Numbered from the stretch's first letter, positions 20,440 to 30,804 are shown. The stretch is 64,000 nt of DNA from Patescibacteria group bacterium UBA4787 (GCA_002402995.1 DHGX01000004.1:155670-219669); one strand, 5' to 3'. A program made the numbers and translations. The notes: generated from the letters alone by a model not told the origin.

Positions 20440-20733
20440 ATGGCCAGTCTAAAAGACAAAAATTTTAACATTATCGGCTACCTTGAAGGCGATAAAATAA
20501 AAAACAAAAACTGCGAGCTCAAGGGTTATGTTGAAGGAAATAAAATACAAAATACCGACCACGAGACTGTCGGATATATTGAGGGGACAGACATAAAAGA
20601 TACATCTTATAATCTTGTGGCTGACATTGAAGGCAAACAAGTAGAAAATAGAGATGAAAATATTATTGGTTACGGCGAGGGCGATATAAAATCAGGAGCC
20701 GCTTGCGCCGCCCTTTTGTTGCTGCTCAAATAA
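20440..20733 (+). CDS. Small tandem-repeat protein, about five 14-aa repeats (xNxxxxGYxEGxxIKN) with a hydrophobic C-terminus
   Basis: Repeats are conserved at the protein level but diverged at the DNA level (42-nt period). No clear SD. 3' end overlaps the convergent bPH_2 gene. Confidence 0.3.
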   Translation: MASLKDKNFNIIGYLEGDKIKNKNCELKGYVEGNKIQNTDHETVGYIEGTDIKDTSYNLVADIEGKQVENRDENIIGYGEGDIKSGAACAALLLLLK

Positions 20734-21198
20734 CAACGCTTTTGACCTTATTTCATTTAACCTTCTTTTTAAATCATAAGGATTGGCGACATGAGAAAAA
20801 ATAATTTCTTCTTTCGGTCCGCCGGCAGTATTAATTGATAGACTTCCAGAACCTAAAAATATTCTTTCTAAAAAATTTTCTCGCACGCTAATGTCGGTAA
20901 TTTTCTGATAATCAATGGTAATCATTTCTGTGTTAAAAAAATGATAATAAAAAATCAGCCGCCTATCGGTTAAAAAATAAAAATAAGCGAATTTAAGATA
21001 AAAACCGTAGGCAATTAAAACAATGGCCAAGAGTAAACCCAGCCACCGCTGTTCAACAAAAATCAGAGAAATAACACCCGTCAAAATTCCTAAAAAAATC
21101 CAAAATTTGGCATAGTTTTCCGCGACACCGAATTCAATCAAAGTTTTCTCTTCGGGAAAAATAATCTTCTCTTTAATTCTTTTAATTCTTTTAATCAT
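20692..21198 (-). CDS. Membrane protein with bacterial PH domain (bPH_2 / YdbS-like)
   Basis: Two TM helices then the YFLTDRRLIF...SINT..G bPH_2 pattern. Confidence 0.55.
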   Translation of the reverse strand: MIKRIKRIKEKIIFPEEKTLIEFGVAENYAKFWIFLGILTGVISLIFVEQRWLGLLLAIVLIAYGFYLKFAYFYFLTDRRLIFYYHFFNTEMITIDYQKITDISVRENFLERIFLGSGSLSINTAGGPKEEIIFSHVANPYDLKRRLNEIRSKALLFEQQQKGGASGS

Positions 21199-21771
21199 AT
21201 CTATATTTCGATTAAAACATCGGCGATTTTTTGCTTTTATAGAGGCCGATCATATAGCCATTGACAAGGACTTTCAAAATTTATTCCCCCAGTCGTCGAA
21301 TTTAACTCCGTGATTAGTTTAGCAAAATATGTCCTACCTCACTACTCACTATTTCTTGTCGCTTAACGTTCCGGTTAAAATGATAATTTCTTTTGATTTT
21401 ATTTGCTTTTCTATTTGACTTAAAATTTTTATGGGACCAACTTATAACCCTTTCTCCTACAAACACCACTTATAATACTCATAATAAGTGTCATAATTTG
21501 CTTCCTCTCTAAAATACTTATTAAATAAATATCCTCCTTCTGGTTTTCTTATGTTTGCTTTTTCTATTGCCTTCTCCGTCGCTTCGTTATAGCAACTTTT
21601 TTTATAATATTCGGCCTTAAAAAAACCAATAGAATGACGCACCCAACACAAAAATAATTAAAATGGCAATTCTATTCTTAACCAAAATCAACCAAAATCT
21701 TTTTATGTCAATTCTTATAATTTAATGTTAATAATAAATAAATTAAAAACTGTCTCATAAAAATACGATAT

Positions 21772-22821
21772 TTACCAGTTAACCAATTTCTTGATTAGCC
21801 AAAAAAATGTAGCAAAAAAATAATTTGCCAATTTTAAGCCGGGCGGGTTTTTTAATCCTTCAAAATCTATTCTGCCGGTCATATACTTTAAGACATCCCT
21901 ATCGCCTATCCTCCTAGATCTTTGAATAGCTGTCCTGGTTTTTAAAATCTTCGGCAACATTAAAACAACTATAAAATAAGATTTTATCTTATCAAAAATC
22001 CATCCGTTTATCGCGGCATAAAAAATAATCCCCAATTCCATTATTAAGAGCGGAAAAAATAATAAGCACAAAGTTCGTAAACGGTAAAATTCCAATAAAA
22101 CAATCAGCCTGTTCCGCTCCATTAAATAAAATTTCTTTCTGGATTTATTAAAAGTATATTTATGATAAATATAAGTGTTCGGCGCAACCGCCAAACTATA
22201 GCCCAAAAGTCTCGCCCGCCAAGACCAATCAATATCCTCGTGATACATAAATAATTTCTCGTCCATTAAACCAATATCCTTAATCGCTTTTACCCGCAAA
22301 AACATTGCTGCTCCCGAGGGATAAGCGATTTCTTTTATTTTATCTACCCTAAAGTCGTTAATATTTTTATGATAATCGCCGGAAACTCCGAAACCGAGAA
22401 AATGAAGAAAATTGCCGCCGGTTTGGATTAAATCTTGTTCGGGCCAACACAAAATAATCGGTTGGCCGGCAGCGACATTTTTATTTTGTTCTAAAGCGGT
22501 TACCAAATTATTAATGGTGGCATTTTCGCAGATTGTGTCTTGATTCAGCAGAAATAGATAATCATAGCCGCCCTTTGTCGCCTCTGCCATTCCCTGGTTG
22601 GCTGCTTTGGCAAAGCCCAAATTCTTTTGATTCTTGATTATTTTAAATTCCGGAAAGGTCTGGCTTAAAAAAAACAAACTTTGATCAGCGGAATTATTAT
22701 CAATTATTAATATTTCGTTCTGTACTTCTGGAGATAACTTTTGATTTTTAAGACTATACAAACAATCCGGCAAATAAGCTACGCCGTTATAATTCAAGAT
22801 CACGGTTAAAACCTTGGTCAT
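21772..22821 (-). CDS. Glycosyltransferase family 2
   Basis: ILNYNG, DNNSAD, YHEDIDWSWR motifs. Confidence 0.8.
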   Translation of the reverse strand: MTKVLTVILNYNGVAYLPDCLYSLKNQKLSPEVQNEILIIDNNSADQSLFFLSQTFPEFKIIKNQKNLGFAKAANQGMAEATKGGYDYLFLLNQDTICENATINNLVTALEQNKNVAAGQPIILCWPEQDLIQTGGNFLHFLGFGVSGDYHKNINDFRVDKIKEIAYPSGAAMFLRVKAIKDIGLMDEKLFMYHEDIDWSWRARLLGYSLAVAPNTYIYHKYTFNKSRKKFYLMERNRLIVLLEFYRLRTLCLLFFPLLIMELGIIFYAAINGWIFDKIKSYFIVVLMLPKILKTRTAIQRSRRIGDRDVLKYMTGRIDFEGLKNPPGLKLANYFFATFFWLIKKLVNW

Positions 22822-23399
22822 TATTTTATAATTTTACCCATATCTCCTGCTTCAACGCCGGCGGCGTTTCCTTCGTCGGTATCAAGCTGAAAAGATAATC
22901 TATATTTATCATTAACTCTAACTAAAACATTTTTAAAAATTAATCCGCGAGGACCGTCGGTTTCGATTTTTATCAATTCCCCGTCCTTAATTCCCAATTC
23001 TTCTGCTTCACGAGGAGAAACATGAAGATGGCGCCACGCTAAAATAACGCCCTTATTCAACATAATTGAGCCCTGCGGGCCAACAACCTCTACACCAGGC
23101 GTGCCAGCCAGCTCTAACTCTTCGGAATCGTGATAAGTCGCCGGAATGCCCAATAAACGAGCCTCTGTTTTTGATAATTCGATTTGGGTGAGAGACCTGA
23201 CCGGCCCCAAAATCCTTACATTTTTAAGTTCGGCTTTGTCTGTTTTTAAGTCAACGGTTTCTTCGGCCGCAAATTGTCCTGGCTGAGAAAGCTCCTTCGA
23301 AATTTGTAATTTATAATTTTCACCAAAAAGCTTATCCAAATCTTCTTGGGATAGATGAATATGTCTGGCGGATATTTCAATAGGAATATCTTTAATCAT
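22821..23399 (-). CDS. pduL: PduL-type phosphotransacylase (phosphate acetyl/propanoyltransferase)
   Basis: Two PduL repeats with SARHIHLS and AWRHLHVS motifs. Confidence 0.6.
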   Translation of the reverse strand: MIKDIPIEISARHIHLSQEDLDKLFGENYKLQISKELSQPGQFAAEETVDLKTDKAELKNVRILGPVRSLTQIELSKTEARLLGIPATYHDSEELELAGTPGVEVVGPQGSIMLNKGVILAWRHLHVSPREAEELGIKDGELIKIETDGPRGLIFKNVLVRVNDKYRLSFQLDTDEGNAAGVEAGDMGKIIK

Positions 23400-26251
23400 C
23401 TTTGTTCGGCGCTAAATTTCTGTTTAAGTATTTCTATAACCTTATTCTGAATTCCGTTAATCTCTTTTTCTTCCAGGGTTTTTTTGTCCGAATTCAATTC
23501 TATGCTAAAAGCAAAGCTTTTTTTGTCGCCGAATTTTTCGTCTTGAAAAATATCAAATAATTTAACCTCTTTAATCAGAGGGCTCGCTTCTTTTATGGCA
23601 TTTTGTATTTCTTGCCAAAGAATGTCTTTCTTAAATAGAAAAGAAAAATCGCGGGATACTGATTGATACGGCGAAAGGGGTGAATAATTAATTTTGTCTT
23701 TCGCCAAACCGAGAAGCTCATCAAAATTAAGCTCAAAGGCATAAACAGGATTTTTTAGACGTTTGTTTTCCGGAATATTAGACAATAGGCCACAAACACC
23801 GATGGGTTGATCGTTAACCGAAATTATTGAACTGTCTTTGGAATCAAAATGTTCGGAAAGTAATTTATAGTAAACCCCCTCTTGCTCAACAAGTTTATTC
23901 AAAACTTCCGGAGTCAAAAAATTCCATTTAGAATTATTTATGCCCAATTCATTTAAAATTTGCTCTACTACGCCCTTAATAACCGCGAAGGGATTTTTAT
24001 GAGCTTCGTTGATTAAGCCGGAAATAACCTTGGGTTGTCGTACGCCTTGTCCAATCTTAAAAAACACGCGTCCTAATTCAAAAATTCTGAAATTCTCATA
24101 GTTATAGATATTTTTCTCGATGGCCGATTCAAGGCCAAACATCATATTGAACCGCAGTAAACCTATCTCTGCAGCTAATGGATTAAGCAACGGGATAACA
24201 TTTTTCCTAAGAGCCGAATTAATTTTTGAAGCTTGATCAATAAAACTGACGCTATAAATTTCGTCAAAACCCAACGCCGCTAACAAATTTTTGATTTTGT
24301 TGTTTAAAAATACTTCCGGAGAAAGAGTTAATGGAACAATGGCGCTGGTGGCCGGTTTAGATAATAAATTATCGAGGCCACAAATCTTAACAATTTCTTC
24401 GGCTAAATCTTCGTTAGTTTTCAAATCTACTCGAGATAAAGAGATGTCCGCGAGCCAGCCTGTTTCTGCGCTTAAAATACGGTGCGCGCCTCTAAATTCA
24501 GTTTCTTTAATAAATTTATTTAAATTTTCTATAACTACTTTTCTTTGCTTGCTGCTGGCGTGAAGAACTTTATTTTTTCCCCAGAATATACCTACATGCC
24601 CGACTCCATTTTTATGTTTTTCGTTGATGTGCGGTTTAAGGCCTCGAGTAAAAAGCAAATCCCCGATTTTTAATGTTTTTAAATTATCGATTATTTCTCC
24701 TTGTTCAATTTGCTCAATGGTTAACCGCGGCAATTCAATCCCCAATTGCCGATATAGATATCGCGCCAAACTCGAACAGTCAAATAATTTAGGCGCGTCT
24801 AGAAAAGTGCTGGCGCCGTATTGATAGGTTGCGCCAATTAATGATTTGCCAATACTTATAAGCCTTTTTCGCAAATCTACGCGTTGCAATTTAATGCCCA
24901 ATCTTTTAAGGAAATTAAGATAAGTCTTGTCCGGCAAATCACATCCGATTAAACGATTTAAATATTCAAAATCAGCCAATATATATTTTTTATTGGTTAA
25001 AATCGCCAGGCCCTCACGGCTTGTTAAGTCGCGAACTTCGCCCACCTTGCCCCCAACCATTTCTAAAATTAAATTTACCGCGCGCCACAATCCTTCTTCT
25101 GCCAAAACTATCGGCAAACCCTTTTCAAATCGCGTGGCCGCTTCTGTCCTTAAGGCCAATCGATGCGAGGTTTTCCTGATGGCAACAGGATTGAAGTTAG
25201 CTGATTCAATGACAATATTTTTTGTTTTTTCGTTAATGCCCGAACCCTCTCCTCCCATGATACCGGCCAAAGCCAATGATTTATTGGGATCAGCGATCAA
25301 TAAATCATTTTCTTCCAAACTTCTTTCTATGCCATCGAGTGTTTTCGTTTTTTCTCCGGTTTTAGCTTCCCGAATAATAATTTCGTGATTCTCTAATAGA
25401 TCATAATCAAAAGCATGCAATGGTTGGCCCAATTCTAATAAAATATAATTGGTAATATCAACAATATTATTAATCGGCCGTAAGCCCAATGCTCTTAATC
25501 GCCTCTGTAACCAAGACGGCGAAGGCTTGATTTTTATTCCCTCAATGGTTATTGCCATATACCGCGGGCACGAATTTTTGGCCTCAAGTCTGACATGAAG
25601 CGGCAGATTATTTTTACTCTTAATTTTTTTAAAGAGAATGTTCTTTATGAGCAAATTTTTAATAATAGATATTTCCTTGGCAACGCCGTAATGCGAAAAT
25701 AAATCTGGCCGATTAGCCAGGGGCTTGTTTTCTAAATCTAAAATCGCGTCTTCTAAACCTAATATTTCTGTTATTCTCTGGCCAATTTTCGCTTGTGAAT
25801 CCAAAATCATTATACCAGTATGATCGTCCCCTAAGCCGAGCTCGTCTTCAGCGCAAAGCATGCCTTCTGACTTTATACCGCGGATTATAGATTCTTTAAT
25901 TTCTAGCCCGCCAGATAATTTAGCGCCGATTAAGGCTAATGGAACTTTTTGGCCCACCTTTATATTCGACGCTCCGCACACAATATTAAGAATCTTTTCT
26001 TTTCGGTTTTCTACGGATTTAACTATGGCTATCTGCAAACGATCCGCGTTTGGGTGCGGCTTCACCTCCATGATTTGAGCGACTATCACTTGATCTAACC
26101 CCTGTCCTAATTTTTTGATTGATTCGACATTGCTAATATGCGATGTCAAAAATTCGGCCAATTCTTCCGGCTTTTCTTTTCCGCCCGAGACGAATCCGCC
26201 TTTGGCGGAAAAATTAACTAATTGTTTAAGCCAATTATAAGATAAATACAT
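23396..26251 (-). CDS. pheT: Phenylalanine--tRNA ligase beta subunit with an inserted NlpC/P60 (C40 peptidase) domain
   Basis: OB tRNA-binding N-terminus, B3/4, B5, core and FDX-ACB regions; insert has DCSSLARYLYRQLGIELPR and GHVGIF...VLHAS motifs; 951 aa versus about 800 typical. Confidence 0.8.
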   Translation of the reverse strand: MYLSYNWLKQLVNFSAKGGFVSGGKEKPEELAEFLTSHISNVESIKKLGQGLDQVIVAQIMEVKPHPNADRLQIAIVKSVENRKEKILNIVCGASNIKVGQKVPLALIGAKLSGGLEIKESIIRGIKSEGMLCAEDELGLGDDHTGIMILDSQAKIGQRITEILGLEDAILDLENKPLANRPDLFSHYGVAKEISIIKNLLIKNILFKKIKSKNNLPLHVRLEAKNSCPRYMAITIEGIKIKPSPSWLQRRLRALGLRPINNIVDITNYILLELGQPLHAFDYDLLENHEIIIREAKTGEKTKTLDGIERSLEENDLLIADPNKSLALAGIMGGEGSGINEKTKNIVIESANFNPVAIRKTSHRLALRTEAATRFEKGLPIVLAEEGLWRAVNLILEMVGGKVGEVRDLTSREGLAILTNKKYILADFEYLNRLIGCDLPDKTYLNFLKRLGIKLQRVDLRKRLISIGKSLIGATYQYGASTFLDAPKLFDCSSLARYLYRQLGIELPRLTIEQIEQGEIIDNLKTLKIGDLLFTRGLKPHINEKHKNGVGHVGIFWGKNKVLHASSKQRKVVIENLNKFIKETEFRGAHRILSAETGWLADISLSRVDLKTNEDLAEEIVKICGLDNLLSKPATSAIVPLTLSPEVFLNNKIKNLLAALGFDEIYSVSFIDQASKINSALRKNVIPLLNPLAAEIGLLRFNMMFGLESAIEKNIYNYENFRIFELGRVFFKIGQGVRQPKVISGLINEAHKNPFAVIKGVVEQILNELGINNSKWNFLTPEVLNKLVEQEGVYYKLLSEHFDSKDSSIISVNDQPIGVCGLLSNIPENKRLKNPVYAFELNFDELLGLAKDKINYSPLSPYQSVSRDFSFLFKKDILWQEIQNAIKEASPLIKEVKLFDIFQDEKFGDKKSFAFSIELNSDKKTLEEKEINGIQNKVIEILKQKFSAEQR

Positions 26252-26267
26252 AGGTAAAATTTAAAAA

Positions 26268-28628
26268 CTATCTTACGGTAACCATAGCCTTAACTATATC
26301 CTTCTTCTCTGGATTATTTAATGAAGTGAAAGTAATAGGAATTTCTAAAGTATATGGTTCGTTATCCAATAATCTAGTTAGGGTTACCTCTAATCTTATT
26401 TCTTTGTCTAATCCGCTACTTAAGGTTCCAGTGAGCCAGCCCTCGTTAATTACCGCATTAGTAATATCGTTGCCACCCTCTAAAACATTATAATAGCGTA
26501 TCTCCCATGGATCATTTCCTGCTGGTCCGCTGATAATAAATTGGTCCGGATCGCTGCCATCATTCTGAGCCCTAAGATTAAAAGAAATTTTTTCGCCGGC
26601 ATGAATATTCTGTTTTTTAGTCTGTCCCTCGCCGTCAAGATTATAAATAGTGTCGCCCAAATAATCTAAATCGTTTGGATTTTTAATTTGTCCGTCCGGC
26701 TGATATTTAATTTCTCGGTTTAAGGTTTTTTTTAAATCTTTAAGTTTATCGCTAAAAAAATACCAAATCAATAAACCGATAATCAATAATCCAAATACGA
26801 TATAAATTAGAACCATTAAAATAGCGGTTTGCGACTTTAGGACAACGTTATAAATTAAAGATTTTCCATTTGTAATATATAGGTCTTGGGATTTAAAGGT
26901 TTTATAATCCTTCTCTTCGACGAACAAACGATAAACACCTGGCTTTACCATGAATGGTTGATATTCTCCGTTGCTATTAGTAATAGTTGAGGCAGCGACC
27001 AAAGAGCATTTGTTATTTGAACAATCCATTAAATCAACCTTGACGTTGGCCAATCTGTTTTTTGTTTTTTGGCTATACACATAACCGACGGGGCCAACCA
27101 GAAATTTGTCTTCTTCAAATATTTTTCCATTGCCCATCGTTTTAAGAGTATAAACTCCTGTTTTATCCAAAGATTCTGGTGGGAGAACAAATAAAACATA
27201 TCCGGCTTCGTTGCTACGATAAATAAATTCTGTTTCTTCGTCGTCGGGATTAACTAAAACATAATGAATCGCTTGATCGGGAATAATTTCCTTAAGCGCG
27301 TTTACTGTTGGTCCGGTAATTATTTTATGTCCTGGGATTGAACCGTTTAATAATATTTCTGTTTGGCCAATTTCGGCGCCATCCCATAAACCATCCTCGT
27401 CTGTATCCTTTTTACGCGGATCTGTATTCTGCTGATATTCGCCGAGATTAACCAGACCATCACCGTCCGGATCTAACATCGCGTCATTGGGATCTCTTGG
27501 GTTAAGCTTATTCTTTCTTTCCCAAAGATCCGGTATCTTGTCTTGATCCGCGTCTATATCACAAATCACGCGCCCCTTAACAATATCAATTAAGCCCGGC
27601 CCCTGAATCGAACTGATAATTAATAAAAATTCTTGCAAATCTTGATTGTTGGCATTTTCCGGCAAACTAATTATGGCTGATAGATTTTTAGAATTGTCTG
27701 GTTTTAGCTTCAACGAATATTGACCTTCTATAATTTGCTTAGTAATATCCTTGCCACCATCAAGATATTTTATAATCCAGGTTTTATCGGCCAAAGCTCC
27801 GCCGCGAACGACAAAATCATTAATCTTGTCGCCGCTATTGATTATTTGAAAATTAAACGTTGTGCTGTCGCCAGGATTAACCATAACGGTTTTTACTTGC
27901 GTAATCTGTGAATCATCCGTCTCAAAGATATTTTTACCCACCCAAACAGTATCTCCGCTGAGCTTAATTATAGCATCTGGTTGACTGCCATTTTTATTAG
28001 CGTTAGAAATAACATTAATGCTTTCCTCTCCGGGAACGTCGCCCGGTTGAGCGCCGCGAGCTTCTTCTGATTGAATGTCAGGGGCATTAGACGCTTGGAC
28101 GGTAAGATATATTTTAGCCGCGTCTGAACGAGCAGGATCGTTAAGCGAAGAACACCTGATAACAAAAACTTTTTCCGCGCCGTAAGAAAGCGGACTAATG
28201 GGCGTAATCCGAATTTGTATCTCGCGAGCCGCGCTAGGCGTTAAGGGCGCGGAAATCCATCCGCTACTGACCACTTGCGCCGTAATATCTTGATTGGCGG
28301 CCTCATCAAAATATTTAATATTCCAACGATCGCTACTCCCGTCACCTACGAGTTTTATTTTGTCAACCGTGGAACCGCGATTAACCACAGCCGCGGTGTA
28401 TAATATGGGATTATAATTATTGACGGTTTGATATAAAATCTCTTCGTTGCCTGTCAAACTGTAAACTTGCGCGCCCCCCCAAACCGCGGAGGAATAATAT
28501 TTGATTAAAAGATCGGGTGAATAAGCGTCTTGAGCTTTTGCCGGCGTAATAGAAAAAATCGAAAAACATATAATACATAAAACCGCCCAATAGCTTATTT
28601 TTTGGCAGCGAATATTGTTAATCGTCAT
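26268..28628 (-). CDS. Large secreted / membrane-anchored surface protein with thrombospondin type-3-like Ca-binding repeats and a carboxypeptidase-regulatory-like beta domain
   Basis: Signal peptide; D-x-D-x-D-G repeats (DPDGDGLVN, DTDEDGLWDG); TM helix near residue 600; duplicated beta-rich domains. Confidence 0.4.
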   Translation of the reverse strand: MTINNIRCQKISYWAVLCIICFSIFSITPAKAQDAYSPDLLIKYYSSAVWGGAQVYSLTGNEEILYQTVNNYNPILYTAAVVNRGSTVDKIKLVGDGSSDRWNIKYFDEAANQDITAQVVSSGWISAPLTPSAAREIQIRITPISPLSYGAEKVFVIRCSSLNDPARSDAAKIYLTVQASNAPDIQSEEARGAQPGDVPGEESINVISNANKNGSQPDAIIKLSGDTVWVGKNIFETDDSQITQVKTVMVNPGDSTTFNFQIINSGDKINDFVVRGGALADKTWIIKYLDGGKDITKQIIEGQYSLKLKPDNSKNLSAIISLPENANNQDLQEFLLIISSIQGPGLIDIVKGRVICDIDADQDKIPDLWERKNKLNPRDPNDAMLDPDGDGLVNLGEYQQNTDPRKKDTDEDGLWDGAEIGQTEILLNGSIPGHKIITGPTVNALKEIIPDQAIHYVLVNPDDEETEFIYRSNEAGYVLFVLPPESLDKTGVYTLKTMGNGKIFEEDKFLVGPVGYVYSQKTKNRLANVKVDLMDCSNNKCSLVAASTITNSNGEYQPFMVKPGVYRLFVEEKDYKTFKSQDLYITNGKSLIYNVVLKSQTAILMVLIYIVFGLLIIGLLIWYFFSDKLKDLKKTLNREIKYQPDGQIKNPNDLDYLGDTIYNLDGEGQTKKQNIHAGEKISFNLRAQNDGSDPDQFIISGPAGNDPWEIRYYNVLEGGNDITNAVINEGWLTGTLSSGLDKEIRLEVTLTRLLDNEPYTLEIPITFTSLNNPEKKDIVKAMVTVR

Positions 28629-28670
28629 AATATAATAATATTATTTTATTGATTATTAAAATTTTGATTA

Positions 28671-29720
28671 TTAAAATTGTCTGATAAATTTTAAATTCTG
28701 GTTATGAAAATGCCTGATGTCTTCTATCTTATATTTCAACATCACTAGGCGATCGAACCCAAAACCAAAAGCTAATCCCGTATATTTCCCTTTCGGATAA
28801 CCGGCATATTCTAAGACCTTGGGATGAATCATGCCGCAACCCAACAACTCTACCCAGCCACTATTCTTGCAAACCTGACATCCGCGGCCGCCGCAGCTTA
28901 AGCAGCTGAAATCAACTTCATAACTGGGCTCAGTAAAAGGAAAATAACTGGGACGCAGTCTAATATTAACCTGTTGACCGAATAAAGTATTTAAAAATTC
29001 TTTTAAAATAAAAACTAAGTTCGCAATGCTGATATTTTCATCAACCATAAAGCCATCAATTTGGTAGAGAATGTAGCCATGACTGACATCGGTTGCTTCG
29101 TGGCGAAAACATTTCCCGATAACGCAAGTTTTAATCGGTGGTTTTTGGTGTTCCATTGTTTTAATCTGCATGGCCGTAGTGTGCGTTCTTAAAAGCAAAT
29201 CCTTGCCCTTTTCGTCTAAAAGTTTTTTGCCTTTCTCATCGCCTAAATAAAAAGTGTCCCACATATCACGAGCAGGGTGATCAACCGGAATATTTAAAGA
29301 TTCGAAATTATAATAATCATTTACTACCTCCTCGCCTTCAACCACATTGAATCCCATTGATAAGAAGATATCTGCCACTTTTCTGGCAATTTGCGTATGG
29401 GGATGCAAATGGCCGATATATTGTTTCTCGCCGGGAATTGTCGGATCAAAAAAATATTGATCGCCCGATCTTTTGTTGCCCATTTTTCTAATCGCTCCAT
29501 CAAGGGAAAGAGTAAGCCAGTTTTTAATTTCATTGGCCATGGGTCCGACTTTTTTCTTTTCTTCTTCTGATAAATTTTTAAGGTTGCGCAAAACTTGAGT
29601 CAACAAACCATTTTGTCGGCCCAAATATTTTATTTTAATGGCTTCTAGCGCGCCATGGTCTTTGGCTACTCCCAGTTCTTGTTCGACTGATTGTTTAATA
29701 TTTTGCAAATCTAAATCCAT
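28671..29720 (-). CDS. pheS: Phenylalanine--tRNA ligase alpha subunit
   Basis: Class II motifs (FRHEATDVSHGY...; GFGFDRLVML). Confidence 0.85.
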   Translation of the reverse strand: MDLDLQNIKQSVEQELGVAKDHGALEAIKIKYLGRQNGLLTQVLRNLKNLSEEEKKKVGPMANEIKNWLTLSLDGAIRKMGNKRSGDQYFFDPTIPGEKQYIGHLHPHTQIARKVADIFLSMGFNVVEGEEVVNDYYNFESLNIPVDHPARDMWDTFYLGDEKGKKLLDEKGKDLLLRTHTTAMQIKTMEHQKPPIKTCVIGKCFRHEATDVSHGYILYQIDGFMVDENISIANLVFILKEFLNTLFGQQVNIRLRPSYFPFTEPSYEVDFSCLSCGGRGCQVCKNSGWVELLGCGMIHPKVLEYAGYPKGKYTGLAFGFGFDRLVMLKYKIEDIRHFHNQNLKFIRQF

Positions 29721-29728
29721 AAATAATT

Positions 29729-30142
29729 TTAAGAATTTTTATCGCCTGGATGATTATCTGAAATAACGCGCGGATGGCGCGAAACAATAAACAGAACTTC
29801 TAAGCTTATAATAAACAAAATGAATATAACCAAATTCCACCAGCGTAAAAGTTGATAAAATCTAAGAATAAGAACGGTTATGACGATTATAGCCAAGAGA
29901 AGACTCTGTCTAAAACTTACGGTTACTTGTTCGAATACCGGTTGGCTGGAAAAACGCACGCGAATTATAAAGCCAACGATGGAAACAGTACCCAAAATAG
30001 CCAAAAAAAGACTAAAATAAAACACAACGATATGTTGCCATTGTGAATTCAACGGCCTTAAAAACAAAAAAGCGGCCAACCAAATTAACCAACAAATAAT
30101 CGTGCAAATCAACGTCAAATTAAGATATCTTTTAAGTGTCAT
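29729..30142 (-). CDS. Hypothetical membrane protein (4 TM)
   Basis: Hydrophobic ORF only. Confidence 0.3.
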   Translation of the reverse strand: MTLKRYLNLTLICTIICWLIWLAAFLFLRPLNSQWQHIVVFYFSLFLAILGTVSIVGFIIRVRFSSQPVFEQVTVSFRQSLLLAIIVITVLILRFYQLLRWWNLVIFILFIISLEVLFIVSRHPRVISDNHPGDKNS

Positions 30143-30243
30143 ATTTTTTTATGATAACATATTAAAAACGACTTGACAAGTTCAAAAATTATGCTATTCT
30201 TAATTTAATCGTTCATTTAAAACGTCAGAAATAAAGGAGAAAC

Positions 30244-30486
30244 ATGAGAAACTTGCTAAACCCGGGATGGAGCTCTAAGTTTTCGCTTTGGGAATTTCTA
30301 AAAAAAACTAATCCGGCGGGTAAAATAGTTAACGTTACTCCAGTCAATTCGTCGCTATCAATAACCGCCAAACTCGAATTATTCACTGAGCGCTATCTAA
30401 AACTTGACCGGTATGGCATAATCTGGTTGACCCAAGTCGCGGAAATGGAAATTTTAACAACACAAATCGAAATTGATTTAACCTAA
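30244..30486 (+). CDS. Small hypothetical protein, paralogous to the next ORF
   Basis: SD AAAGGAG 8 nt upstream; LWEFLKKTNPAGKIVNV resembles LFRFLQKRGANGKRVQI in the downstream ORF. Confidence 0.5.
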   Translation: MRNLLNPGWSSKFSLWEFLKKTNPAGKIVNVTPVNSSLSITAKLELFTERYLKLDRYGIIWLTQVAEMEILTTQIEIDLT

Positions 30487-30502
30487 TTAGAAGGAATAAG
30501 CA

Positions 30503-30796
30503 ATGCCGAAGAAACTTTTTTGGAGTAATACCGAATCACTCTTCCGTTTCTTACAGAAGAGAGGGGCTAATGGCAAAAGGGTACAAATCTGTGTTGACAA
30601 CGAAACACGAACTATTCTGCTTAGCATAGAGGGTACCATTGTCGCCTACAACTCAACTTATTTAACACTCGAGAGGCGTAGTTGTGTAATCGCCCTCGCT
30701 CTTAAGCCCGTCCAGAATTCTTCTAAACGCTATATGCCTGTCAGTAAGCAAAACATCTTTCTAGACGACGTTAAAAAGATCGAGATTCTCTCTTAG
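30503..30796 (+). CDS. Small hypothetical protein (paralogue)
   Basis: SD GAAGGAA; followed by a strong bidirectional terminator. Confidence 0.5.
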   Translation: MPKKLFWSNTESLFRFLQKRGANGKRVQICVDNETRTILLSIEGTIVAYNSTYLTLERRSCVIALALKPVQNSSKRYMPVSKQNIFLDDVKKIEILS

Positions 30797-30804
30797 AACC
30801 ATCA

